A stretch of 63,745 nt of DNA, filler included, from Choristocarpus tenellus KU-1152 (taxonomy: Eukaryota > Protista > Phaeophyceae): assembly GCA_964200185.2 (NCBI GenBank). It is 11 parts of 11 records of this genome, joined end to end, with 100 filler letters (N's around TTAATTAATTAA, not from the genome) between each part and the next. Parts side by side here need not be neighbours in the genome. Positions count along the whole stretch, not along the records: positions 1 to 4,605 come from CAXNAD020013820.1; positions 4,706 to 9,126 come from CAXNAD020014621.1; positions 9,227 to 12,278 come from CAXNAD020022661.1; 8 more parts are not named here. One strand, written 5' to 3'. Below the pieces are notes generated by a model. It did not search any database. It saw only the letters and a program-made list of their open reading frames with translations, and had not been told where the DNA came from. The translations under genes were made by a program, and so were the position numbers. Below, one piece after another: positions 1-12,378 of the stretch. The first letter of the stretch is position 1. Each line of letters begins with the position of its first letter.

Positions 1-315
1 CCCTTCAGCCTTAGGGTGTCTATGAGAGGGAGGTAGTCACCCAATGGGGTCTGTAGGGCTGGCAAAGTAGAGGAAGATGGTGAGGTGTCCAAGGAGGTTT
101 GAGGGTGTAGTGACTTGCCTGTGGTTGCCATTGACAAGATGGCATGACGGCAGATCATATCTTCTCTCGAAGAGCACAACCTTCCAGAGGAAATGTATAA
201 GGGATGTGACAACACTTCAGAAACAGGGTTGCTCTAAAGTGAGAAAAACTGAAGAAAATCGTGTTTATAGTGTGTGTGTGTGTAATGCATTATAAATATA
301 TGTATATATTGATTT

Positions 316-503
316 GGCTAAAAAAATCTGGGAGGGCGGAGGTTGGCAGCTGTCCATTCAGGGCCCGTTTTTCCATATAACCATTTTGTGATTTGGTTGC
401 ATGTGTCGGATGGGTAGTGTAGGTTCAATTCTCCTGGCCAAGCCCGGAATGGACACCCTGGTGTAGACCCCCCCCCTCCCCTATCCCCTAGATACCTTTA
501 GCC
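316..503. mobile_element. MITE, family B (GGCT..AAAGTATCT-type termini)
   Basis: Imperfect TIRs ggctaaaaaaatct / agatacctttagcc; interior similar to 47340-47512 (opposite orientation) and 10823-11020. Confidence 0.65.
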
Positions 504-899
504 TTTTGAAGGGAGAATTTTGATATTTGAATTTGGTAGCAATACCTTCAAGGGGTGTAGACTTTTTGCCTGTCAGATCTGTTCGCACCAATCCTCAAGA
601 CCCAACTCCTTTTTGTTCAAACGTTACATGTTCCCAAAGAGTTGGCGAGATGTGACTGTCACCTCAATGTACGTATGAACATGTGGCTCATTTGGCCTGG
701 CAGGGCTTGACCATGTATCCTATCGCCCCCACTAGCTCTACCCTAACTGATATAACCTCTTTCAGTTCTATCAGATGCTTGGAGAAAACTGAGCGATGGA
801 CAATAGGGCAGATAAGTGATTGGCATTTATGTTAGGAATGCAAGCTGCAGCTGCTGATGTTTATGTTTCCTGACCACACAGTATGCTACAGCATGCTTG

Positions 900-3300
900 C
901 TGACTTGATCAACCCCCTCCTGTATCATAGTGGATGACTCTGTCCTTGAACTGTGTACCAAGAGTAACAGCAAGGTCAAGAGCCCTGAATCAAAGAAACA
1001 CTATAAACCTCGCTTCTAGGTAGACTCTGTTTGGTTACTGCTGTCAGCAACTGATTGACTTTGTTACAAACCCAATGGGTGTATGTGCAAATATGCTCAT
1101 TAGGGCACTCTTGGGTACAACCACAATCCAAGCAGGATATGTGCAGCATGAAGAGGGGATCAAGCTTGGCAAATGTGGCTGACACAACCTCAGATCGCAA
1201 TCTTTCCTCTATCCCTTTGAAGGACACCTTCCGTGGTTTTCCCAACTCTCCACGAGGATAGAGGAATGGAAGCAACCTGAAGCAGAACTCATTTAAGGTG
1301 GCTTTATACTCAGCACTTGCTGCTGGAGGGATGTCACATTTTGACCCGATTACCCAAAGAACACACCAACACGGCAAAGTCTTCAACGATACTAGCAAAC
1401 AAAATATTAGGTTCAAGTGCACCTCCCACAACATCAAACAGGTTCAGATCCTGAAGACTGCTGTACTTCAGATCTTCTGGGATGACGAAGGGGGAATGGT
1501 GTGGGGATGTTGCCGACACAACAGGGGAAGGTATAATGAATCAAGGGGGTGGCATGTCAACACCAGCCACAACTTGTGGATTCTGCTGTCCTCGAAATTC
1601 ATGGAGGGTTTTCATCTTCATGGCCTCCACTACATTGGGATCAGTGTATGACGCACCAACCTGATATCTCCTGACCATAGACATTGCCAAGGTGAATGCT
1701 ATTTCAGAAGTGTCAATCTGGCTCTTGGAGGATGCACTGGACGGAGGCAAACTAGACATTAAAAAGGACTGGGCGGATCATGTACTTCCCTCTCGGCTGG
1801 AGCTCCTGGAGTGGAGCTCTCTGGATTGTAGGACTCGTCTTGAACAGAACTGGGGCTGCGCTCATGTGCATTGAAGGATGGTGGATCTGAGTCCTTGGAC
1901 TCCTAAGTTCCGTCCTCCAGCACACATCTAGGGGAACCAACCTGACCCCTTGGATAGCTGCAAGGTGTTACTATGACATATTTAGACTTGAGATTCTTCT
2001 TGGACATGGTTCTGCTCACTGCTTTGCCCTGGTTACCAAGTTTGCCCAGCGCTCAGGGTCTTGTGGTGATGCCAATATCGATTACCTGTATCTCTGAATG
2101 TGAGTCGTGATAATAGTCACCGCCTGGTTGTGATCACAACTGCAACGATGAGAAGAACAAGAACTGGAACTGAAGTAGAGATGAGCCAAGACTCATGACC
2201 AGGAAAACTTCAAGACAGCGCGTGCACCTGCACAAGGATGGTGTGTGCAGATAACCCCAAGCGGAAATAAAGTAGAAGAGATCCAGCTCAAGTACACTTG
2301 AGTTCGATCAGTTGACCACATGACCCAACCAATAAGAATCACCCCAGAGGATCTCACAAAGACCAGGAATCGAAGAGAAAAGTTGTAGGTCAGTTGGATT
2401 GAGCAGCACAACTGAATCAACAAGAGGACCCTTGGCCAAACTCTCAACGAAAGATATCACACTGGAGGTGTTCCTGGACTCCGCAAACTAGAAAGACCCT
2501 TGGTGAGGCCATTGACCCGAAATATGCCACTAGAGGTGTAACTTGAACCTGTTTTCCAAAGTATGGGACTATAGGATGGGACTTCATCACTGCTGGGGGA
2601 GAGAAAACATGTCATGTTCACCGAAAATGTTAGTGGTATTATTTGAAAGTATTGTATCATGTGGTAAAAGTTGGTGAGCATCACAACATGTTGAAGATCA
2701 AATGCTATTGTTCATACATCAATTGATGAGGCTTCTGGAGGGGTACAGATATCTAGGATATTTTTAATGATAAGAGAGATGGCAGTGAGGGTGGACACCA
2801 TTACAATCTCCAGCAGAGCAGGCCAAGGAGGCCATCAAATTGAGGACGACCAAGGTGGGTTCATGTAGTGTTTTCCATGCGTCCTTGTGTGCGCCACATG
2901 TTAAGAAAACAAGTCACTATTCACAATCTGCCCTGCATGCACATTGCACTGTGGTCATCCCTAGTCTTACTGTCACCCTGTGTCGCCTAGGGTAAGGATC
3001 GCGTCTTCCTGATGGCCCAGGCAGTGAGATCCTTCATCCTCCGCCACCGCAAGATAGGTGCTGGTAGCCGATGTAGACTAGTTTGTGGGACCCTGGGGCA
3101 AGTGACTAGCAAATGTTGAGATGGCTTTGTTCCAATACAAGGTTGTCCAAATGATCCATGCTATAGCTTCTCTCAAAGCCCCATAGGTTACGCCTCTTTC
3201 ATGAGAGAGATTCTTAGGCTGAACCTCCTTAGGTTCAACTCTCCCTTCACTGGACCAACATTATTTTTTAGATTAATCACTTAGGGTCAAGGAGTTGTTT
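900..3300 (-). mobile_element. Highly degenerate Ty1/copia pol remnants
   Basis: Minus-strand peptides resemble copia RT N-terminus (THWVCNK; FKDRV..QEGVD at about 900-1100) and RNase H (VFLTCGA..AWKT; VNGLTKGL at about 2480-2910); many stops and frameshifts. Confidence 0.5.
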
Positions 3301-4158
3301 GCATGGGGAGTATGGTAGGAGAATTAGAGAGTGCATCATTGGTGACCTGGCACGTCTCAATAGGTTCTGTACCTAGTTAAACAAGGTGTAGATTTCTTGT
3401 CTCATTTCCATACACAGTGGGAGGGATTGACACAAACGACAATTACGTATATTTTCTGTAATGTACAATTCTAGAAAGATAACATAGAAGGTATATATCC
3501 CCTTCACAACTGAGGCACTCCACCTATTGTGCTTAACTGCGAATATAAACTCCTTGCCATATGCAGGAACGAAGTGGTGAGGTTCCTGATGTGAAGGGTC
3601 CTCCTTTTTTTGGTACATAAATTCCTTAATCTTGTTCTCCATAGAACTTTGTTGCTGGGCTGTTGGAGAGGTGACAACTACATGACATATACAAGTAGAT
3701 GTGAATGAAGGCAACATGCCTTTGGAAATAGTTTTTGATGTGTCACAGCCAGACAGAGAAAACATAAAACACAGCATGGCATCGGCATGACTACAGCCAC
3801 CATTCTTCAATGTGTGAGCTTGAAAAACGTTGGACAAAATTCTATTGGATATCTTTTGCATCCACCATGACCAGTAATTTAAGTATAGACAACTAAGGTA
3901 GATTCACTTAGTACTGCGGGACAAGTGCGCAGAGACTTGCCTATGTGCTTGTTGGAGTATTTTGCACTGGATCCACGGTTAAGACGATCAATAATGTGCC
4001 TTGGCAGACAACAATATTGGCCTTGGTATGAATATATCGTATTAGTGTTACAACGAGCTTCTGGTCTTCAATTCCACTGACTATACTCTTGGGGCTCACA
4101 ACTGGTAGCACCAGCTATTATTCCAAGTGTGGGGATTGCAATTGTCCACGCTAGAGTG

Positions 4159-4403
4159 AAAGTATCTTAGAGGGTACGAGTTTTTCCCTTTTTGTCCATT
4201 TGAGGCTTGACTTCCCATGTTTTTTTTTATGCCATTTTCCTACTCCGAAATATTTTGGAGTACGTAAAATATATTATGAAAAGGTGTGTCCGAAACAAGG
4301 ATACTGACACTTCCTGACAAACAGGATAGCCAAAATCTGATCAAAATCGCAACATTGGATTTTGGCCCCCAAATGGACGCGCCCCTACCCTCTAAGATAC
4401 TTT
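4159..4403. mobile_element. MITE, family A, full-length copy
   Basis: Perfect 18-bp TIR aaagtatcttagagggta / taccctctaagatacttt; related copies at 4706, 19911, 23095, 54048. Confidence 0.8.
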
Positions 4404-4605
4404 GGCTCACTAGTAACCTATGAATTACCTACTTATTTGTCTTCTTATGACAAGCATATCTAGAACAGAACACTGATCACTGGACACCAATCAGTGAAGA
4501 CATCTGATACATGTTATGCATCAAGTACACATACACAATATTCTAGCTGCGTGACAGTACGCTAGTATGTCCATTACTGGCTCTCTATCCTGTTGTCTAC
4601 TCCAC

Positions 4606-4705
4606 NNNNNNNNNNNNNNNNNNNNNNNNNNNNNNNNNNNNNNNNNNNNTTAATTAATTAANNNNNNNNNNNNNNNNNNNNNNNNNNNNNNNNNNNNNNN
4701 NNNNN
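4606..4705. other. Artificial contig linker N44-TTAATTAATTAA-N44 (first of ten; others start at 9127, 12279, 19811, 22873, 30103, 36056, 41847, 53948, 59879)
   Basis: Identical 100-bp spacer with stop codons in all six frames. Confidence 0.97.
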
Positions 4706-4926
4706 CCAAAATCCAATGTTGCAATTTTAATGTAATTTTGGCTATCGTATTTGTTAGGAAGTGCCAATATCCTTGTTGCGGACACACCTTTTCATAATAA
4801 CGTATACATTTTACCTACTCCAAAATATTTCGGAGAAGGAAAATGTCATTAAAAAAAACGAGGGAAGCCAAACTCCAAATGGACAAACAGGGCAAAACTC
4901 GTACCCTCTAAGATACTTTCACTCTA
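4706..4926 (-). mobile_element. MITE family A, copy truncated at contig start
   Basis: Reverse-complement homology to about 4152-4365, ending taccctctaagatactttcactcta. Confidence 0.8.
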
Positions 4927-4929
4927 TTG

Positions 4930-5570
4930 AACTGGTTCATGTCCACTGGCCGACCAGGTCAAACATTATCTGACGTGTCCGGACCATGTCCACGGGGTAT
5001 TGTACCGGCCCATGTCCACTGGCTGGCTGGTTTAACTTTTTCCCTTGCATGTCCGAACCGTGGCCGTTCATCACTTCAATTTGTTTCAGGCATGCCTGGA
5101 CCATGTCTACCACGTGTTACACAAATGTGATTGTGAGGCATTCACACACACAGATCACAAAACACTGCAAAATTATAAAGAAATATCACGATATGTATTA
5201 TATTCAGTACTTTAAGTAGTAGAAAATTTACATTTAGGATGTATTATTGAAGACTGTAAAATATATAATAGGAGGCATGCCCAGAATGTGGCCAGCCTGA
5301 GAGAAAAAAACATATTACTTTGACGGCCATGGATAAAATGATCTAACATGGTTGAGCCCATGGCCATTGCTTACTCAGCATGACCGTGGCCACTGGACAG
5401 CCATGTACAATTTCGAACATGGTCGAGTCCATGAGATCACGTACTCAACATGACCAGGGTTGCCACCAGCCATGCATAACCAAGTTTGAACATGGCCAAG
5501 TGCATGGCCATTGACCATTTCAACATGGCCGGGTCATGGACCGACCTGCAGCAATAAGGTCGACAGTGAA
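4930..5570. repeat. Dispersed repeat with arrays of CATG-N7/8-CATG motifs around an AT-rich core (non-autonomous DNA transposon-like)
   Basis: catgcctggaccatg, catggtcgagtccatg, catggccgggtcatg and similar; left arm resembles 37845-38025. Confidence 0.5.
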
Positions 5571-7361
5571 CATGCCAAATGCCTAGGTTGATGATAAACC
5601 CTGGGAAATATCGAGCAGGACGAGGGCAAGAACACACCCATGAGGAATGCCTTGCCTGATTCAAACCAATTTTTACACTCTCTTTTTATCATTGCCCAAC
5701 ACATTTTGGTATTCCAACATGGAACTGATGAGTGGCTGAGATTATCTTCTCATCAGGTACTCTGGACTTGGCAAGCACATCACTGAAGTCCACATGAGGT
5801 TCATGGTCAACAGAATCACATCCAACATAGTTTTAGTGGGTCAATAAAGCACACGAACATACTCTGAGAGCTGTATCCCTTTTTCATTTAACCTCCCGTA
5901 GAGCAGGGTGTAGATGGTCATGTCTACTTCTTTGAAGCATCACAATGCTGGAAATCACACCGTTCATCATGGAGTATACTACTGCACATAGCATGCTCCC
6001 AGTCATAGTGCAATTAACCTTGAGAAGCACGTCCCTGGTGTATGCCACTGATCAGAATCCCCTGTGGTTGCCACAATCCATCTGAACCTTCTTCTTGAAG
6101 AGCACCTTGATGGCTGCTTCCTTTCAAACATGTGACACATCTTCTGCTCCCCACACAGCCATCGCCTACCCAACCCAATCTTGTGAAAATCCTGATGAGA
6201 ATATTCTCATCCTCATTGAGCCAATTTTCAGGATATCTGTTGGTGGTGGGAGACTATCTGCTCTCATTGCTTCCCAGTTCGACGTCAAATATCTAGGTGG
6301 CAGGTCGGTGATCGAGATTCTCGATGGCCTGACAGGTACACAAGGGTGTTGCACTGGGTCTCGACTGCTAGTAATGCCTTCCCATACCTGGAAACCCCAG
6401 TAGACACACAGGTGCAAGCTTCAACATCAACATGGCATCCACTTACCAATCCACAGAAATATCCACACCAACACCAGGCACCAAAGCAACAAACAGACCA
6501 TAGTGAACCTGCAACCTCAAAGCCTCAAGGGCACAACATGATCGTGGGTTAATTCACACTAGTTTTTGTAACAGAGGAGTACTTTTGAAGTTCACACCTC
6601 GTTCAGTTTTGGTAGCCGTTCCGAAATATAACAGCAAGTTTTGAGAGAGAGAGATCCATTTATCAAAGTCCTCACACAACAAGAATGTCCCTCCCACCAC
6701 GCACCCAACCACAGCCATTGCCACCACCATCGCAGCAGCTGTCACACCAACAACAGCAGTGGACTCAGCCAAGACGTGGTGGTCGTAGTGGACGCGGTGG
6801 TCATGTTGGAAGGCCCAATAATCTTGGCCATCGACCAGCTTCAGTGGCTAGTAATAGGTCGCTTGTCAGGAAACCAGCAGATACCAATGCCGACCAACCT
6901 CCTTCAAATGTCCTTCCCAGTGCAGCTCCAACCTTATCGTCGCAAGCACTGAACTCTACAGAATCCAGGTAATATGTGCAATACTGCTTAAACACAAGCT
7001 CTCTGAGTTGCATGCCCACTTCAATGCTATACTGCAAGGGTCAAAACTAGCAAATATGAAGTGCATCGTCTGGAGCAACCGAGCTGTAAACCTACATCTC
7101 GCCTTTGAATCCTGGTGTATATAGACGTGTGTGTAGTCTTTTCTACAGTACGTTATCATCGTTTAGTTTTATGTTTGGACGAGTCAAACTCTTCCCCGGC
7201 GTTTCAATAGAACCTTCCCCTACTTAGTATGACTAAATTGGTTGGTGGGGACTGAACTCAAATACGTCCGCGTACAGGGTAAGGATCCTTTGACTTTCCA
7301 GGTAATTGCGACAGGGAAACAGTGTTATGCATGAGTAGACTGGTTCTTCTTGCTCTCACAG

Positions 7362-8579
7362 TCGAGCTCTCGGCTTGTCTTTCGGGTTCTCTCACTTCCA
7401 GTATTCGACGATCCTTGGAGGCTGTTGCGGCTGCATCGTCTCAGTCCGCCGAAGACATTGACGCACAGCTCGAAGGTATGGTTCAGCGTACATCGAGGAA
7501 GAAGCATAAGGGGCGTCGTACTAGGGACCCAATTTGGGGTCCATTGAACCTGCTGTATAGCACATGCATGATATTCCACCCTCTTGTACACCTATCCCCG
7601 ACAGCTGTGTAGGTCTCTAAACCCTAAACAACAAATTCATGTTGACCCTGCTTTTTATGTCTACCATGCAGAGAGTGACATTGTGTTTTGATGCCTATCT
7701 AATCTCTGGGACTCAGAGTGGATTTCAGTTCTTGAGTTCCTCCACCTCATCGGCATACGGTGAAGGATTAAGGGTAGATAGGAGCTAGTGTTGATATGCT
7801 CTGGTGGTGTATCATCCATAGCAGAACGCAATTGACCTTTATGCTGTCCTCTGTGATCTATTTAGTGCAGTCTATTGCCCTAGGGGCAGTGATCGAGGTG
7901 CACCTGAAAGTACTTAACCCAACCCTATCATTGCACTATCTCAGCTGTGAATGAGAGTCTGGCTAGGGCCGAGGCAGCAGAAGAGGAAGTGAAGGCGGCG
8001 GTAAACCTATACCGACAGGAAGCAGCTTCTCTAAAGGTTCTCCTTGCAAAACTTTATCGACAGCGAAATGGGCAGCTTGAGGCAAGAGACAATGCCTATG
8101 TTGTGCAGTACCGGTTCCACCATGTTGACTTAAAGTCCCATATGCAATCAAATTTGTCCCAATGCAGCTGTGCTACCCCTACCCCACACACAGTCTAGGA
8201 AAGGTCACAAGCTTACAAACTTGCTAGTGCTGATATATTCCGAATCTCACCTCGATGCTTATCAGGTTCAATGTTTGTCAGTGGCATGTTTGTGGACTAT
8301 CAGCCATACTGCTGCCCTGAACTCTGTCCTTTTTCTCTCAAGGGTATTCAAACCTCCCATGAGCCCTCCCCCCCACCCTCCACTTTTATGCATCCTATGT
8401 CTATCACTCCTGTACAGACTGCTGAAGGCTCACTTAGAGCACTACCTGTAATTGGAGATGTCACCAGTGTCCAGGTAGATAGTGCCCAGACAAATCAATC
8501 CCTGCCTCAAGTTGGCAATGGCGCTGCAGAGGGCTCAAGAACAGTGGTGGTAGGTCGAAATATATGCCCAACTGATTAA
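7362..8579 (+). CDS. Unknown small coiled-coil protein; exons about 7362-7475, 7945-8081, 8418-8579 (5' exon not identified)
   Basis: Phase-compatible exons with cag acceptors giving ELSACLSGSL...AVNESLARAEAAEEEVKAAVNLYRQE...; second donor predicted GC. Confidence 0.5.
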
Positions 8580-8609
8580 GTAGTGTAGTTTGCTGCAGGT
8601 GCTCAAGAA

Positions 8610-9126
8610 GCACTGCCCTATTTTTTGCCAGGGGCAATGATGCTCTTTTGATACCCTGAAACATGTTCATCTAGGGGATGGATGAATGTTTTGAGGATGG
8701 GGAGAATTACTTTTGCCATCAGTAGTTTTTCTCATCTTGTTCACACCCCGTCCTCCAGAATGCTCTACCCCTGGATAGATCCAGGGTGGTATGTATGTCC
8801 TGCACATGGCAGAGGGTGTGGATATAGATGCATGCTCATATCGCCTTTTAGGCAACTCTTTATCTTTCTGACATCTAGGAGTATCTAAGATTTGTTTTTT
8901 GTAATCATTGCACTGCTTTGGCAGTTTGTTATTTGCTCACCATATTATTAGCGCACTCACACTTATCACAAGCTTGACCATGTTCAGCTTTTCTCCAGTA
9001 GCACTGCCCTATTTTTTGCCAGGGGCAATGATGCTCTTTTGATACCCTGAAACATGTTCATCTAGGGGATGGATGAATGTTTTGAGGATGGGGAGAATTA
9101 CTTTTGCCATCAGTAGTTTTTCTCAT
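8610..9126 (+). repeat. Identical direct repeat of about 126 bp (8610-8735 and 9001-9126)
   Basis: gcactgccctattttttgccagggg...agtttttctcat occurs twice; second copy abuts the contig end. Confidence 0.9.
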
Positions 9127-10822
9127 NNNNNNNNNNNNNNNNNNNNNNNNNNNNNNNNNNNNNNNNNNNNTTAATTAATTAANNNNNNNNNNNNNNNNNN
9201 NNNNNNNNNNNNNNNNNNNNNNNNNNTTCTTTGCCTCGCACAGCCTAACCTCTGACCTTGGGTTTCACGTGGATAATGTAATGTTGAAAAACCCACAGAG
9301 GGAAAGGGATACAGGTATCGTACCGAGGAATGTGAAATCAATGTGTTGTTGATTGGTACAAGATGCTAAGTATTTTTCATTCGGGGGCACCAGGGTATGA
9401 CTACAAGTGCGAGATATGATTGGGTGGGGGGAGTGGAGAGGACATGGCCTTTCACATCGTAACTACACAGACAAGGAAAATAAGCTGCGCACTCCAAAGC
9501 GCACAAACCGATCGCATTAATTTCTCGTTTTTCAAAAGGTATGAAGGAGGAAGAGTCTGTACAGACTGGAGGGCTAGAAAAATCTACCTTCCTCGTGGGA
9601 AACTGTCAGGTGGTTTTGACTCAGATGGGCACGTGGATATATCGTGTTTTCCTTTGTGAAGTGAACACACGCATCTAAATTCTACTACGCTCTCGCGCCA
9701 TTGTTGATTTGTGAACTGGGGTGAACAAAATGTGCTCTTCCTTTTGTAATCCAGAGACGCATATACATCAGTGTAGAAACTTACCACGTATGTGACAGCT
9801 TAAGAGGGGGAAGAGTGGTAGAGATTCAAAAAGAACAGAACATCCCTACTACATTACCCCCGAGATGGGAGTAGCAACTCATTGGGTTGGAAGAAACAAG
9901 ACAATTGTTTGCAAAGACTTAGCATGCGGAAACATGTGTGCTGCACTTTTGAAAAAAAAAAAGTTGCGCCAAGAGCTTCCTGCCTTCAAGGTTCGGTTGC
10001 TGTTGTAGACAGACCACAAACCACCCTTCGAGTCTCAGGTGTGTTTGATATATTAAATACACTTTCTTCCAATCTATTTACTACGTTTTTCTCGTATAGC
10101 GTGGCCCCCCAGGCAATACGTTTCTTGCCAGCTCCCGTCCTGATTTACATTAAAAAATTTACGAAGGGGGGAAAACATAAATCCAAAAACTTTGGATCCA
10201 CCATACTTCGGGACCTGCGTGCCTCAGGGAGCCCTGTGCATGCATATCCCTTTCCTGTTGGCTTGTGAGACAGAAACTATATATCCTGTGTGTGGGGTTC
10301 ATCTTTTTGAAGCTTGCTGGAACGTGGAGGTGTCCCACACACTGTCCCTTCAAACTTGGAGTTACGACCCAGCACTTCACCTCGGCACTTCAAGATGTTC
10401 GTGTCTACCAGCTACAGATCAGATACCATCCTGCTTTTGTTTCGTCGTCTCTCCTTCCATGGTTTTCAGCGCTTTCTGTGACTCTACGGTGTTTTCTTCA
10501 TTCAGCGTTTGTTGTCTCCTCGGAATGTCTTTGAGCGCGCGTCAATGCATCTTGTTAGAGGGGGGGTAGAGAGCTGCGTCCATCTCTGTGCCTCAGCGTG
10601 TATCCCTCTCTCTGGGTGGCTGCAAAACAAAATATATATGTACGGTACGGGATTTCTCCATAACACCGGCTTAGGGCTGCTATCGTAGACACTCCCCCTT
10701 CACAACACCATAACCACGAAAACAACTGTGTGGAACACCAACCCAAAATGCCTCACGGTCACTTACAGGTAGGGGTTACTGCCATGGAAAGGCTTCACTT
10801 CGCTGTAGGAACTATGAACGCA

Positions 10823-11020
10823 GACCCAGACTATGTGGGAGGGGGGAGAGGGGGGGTTGTCCAGTAGGGTGTATCCATCCGGGCCATAACCACCACCACA
10901 CGACAACCGCACCTCTACATTTATCGGTACGACGTATGCAACCAAACCACCCAAAAATCGGGACATTCAAGAATTGTCCCAAAATGGACAACCGCCACCC
11001 CCTCCCAGATAGTTTCAACC
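10823..11020. mobile_element. MITE family B, degenerate copy
   Basis: Shares agggtgt..ccat and aaatggaca.ccgccacccc..ccaga blocks with 47340-47512. Confidence 0.55.
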
Positions 11021-12378
11021 AACATACGAAGAAGGAGAAGGAAGAGATCGAAGAACACGTCTCTCCTACCCCCCGGGTGGTAGCTGATTGACACAGTGCG
11101 TTTCTCATCATGGTGATATTTCCACTTATATATATGAGAGAGGGGGAGGGGGGGGGGAACAAATAATAATGCATGTTGGGAGATCTGGCACTTACACTCG
11201 ACACGACTTTTGTGCATCAGGAGAGGCCTGTACTGGGCATGGACACCATTTATACGTCTCGTAGACTGGAGAGGGACACGTGTCCCGCGGAGCAAAGCTG
11301 TATCATGTGGAGCAAAGATGTGAGTGGAAATATCTTGGAGGGTAATTGTTTTACCCCCCCTGTTTGTTGCCCGCTTGGGGCTTGGCTTTCCCACGGGTTG
11401 ATGAAGACATATTATATCCACTACCCTGAAATGTTACAGGCGAATAGTATGTCTGCCTTTTCGCATTCCAAGCAGTGTGAGTGGCCTTGTTATGGCATTT
11501 AACTATCTCATGTGGTTTTTGGACATTTTTTGCTTGTATTTGAGACATGGTTCCCGTCTTCTATTGTTTGTGTTTGTACCTATGATTGGGAATAGAGTCT
11601 CCGACAACAACCCTATTTCAGTACCATTGTAATTTTGCATCCATATTCATTCTGTGTAGGATATTTGTGAGGAAGTGCTTAAGTCTTATTATGTGTCACT
11701 CCCCATTTCTCCGAGTCTTTTTGTTGTTGTATGTTGTTTGCTCGTGGGTGTAGAGCAAGCCTTTATATGACAGGACCTTGTTTTTGTTCCTGACCGTGAG
11801 ACATCTTGGGTGTCATATTATATTTGTCTTTATAGTTCTGAAGGGGGGGACAGTCTAGGCAGTACCCTATTTAATTTTGTGCCTGTATTCATTTCGTTGA
11901 TGGTTGTTGCGAAGAGGGAGAGACTTGCTTGAGATGCTCTCTAGGGTTACGTTTTATTGTAAATATGTTTGATACACTTTTTTTGGGTCTATATTCACAG
12001 TTCCTAGCAACAGTGTGTAAGCCTTTCCATGACGGCACCCAATCCCTTTTTGTGACCGTGAGCCATGGTCTTAGGGTCCTACCCTTGCTGTGTTCCTAGA
12101 TCTGAAGGGGGGGAATCCATGGCAATACACGAATTCAGTGATACGACGATTTTGTGTCTGTATTTGTGTTTGTTTATCTTTGAAGGGGTGGAGTCCTCTT
12201 AGAGACAGTACCCTACTTCTGACGTGTGTTATGATAACTCTGGGGTAGGAGTTTTTCTTTTCAGCGTGGAGTCAAATGNNNNNNNNNNNNNNNNNNNNNN
12301 NNNNNNNNNNNNNNNNNNNNNNTTAATTAATTAANNNNNNNNNNNNNNNNNNNNNNNNNNNNNNNNNNNNNNNNNNNN

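Noticed and set aside
3373-3861. 162-aa minus-strand ORF as a gene
   Set aside because: No recognisable motif or splice structure; next to TE debris
4650-4661. Recurrent TTAATTAATTAA palindrome as a biological repeat or recombination site
   Set aside because: Always centred in 88 Ns; a synthetic linker
5750-6900. Possible gag/protease remnant or His-rich protein
   Set aside because: Motifs too degenerate; ORFs derive from low-complexity CAC/CAA sequence
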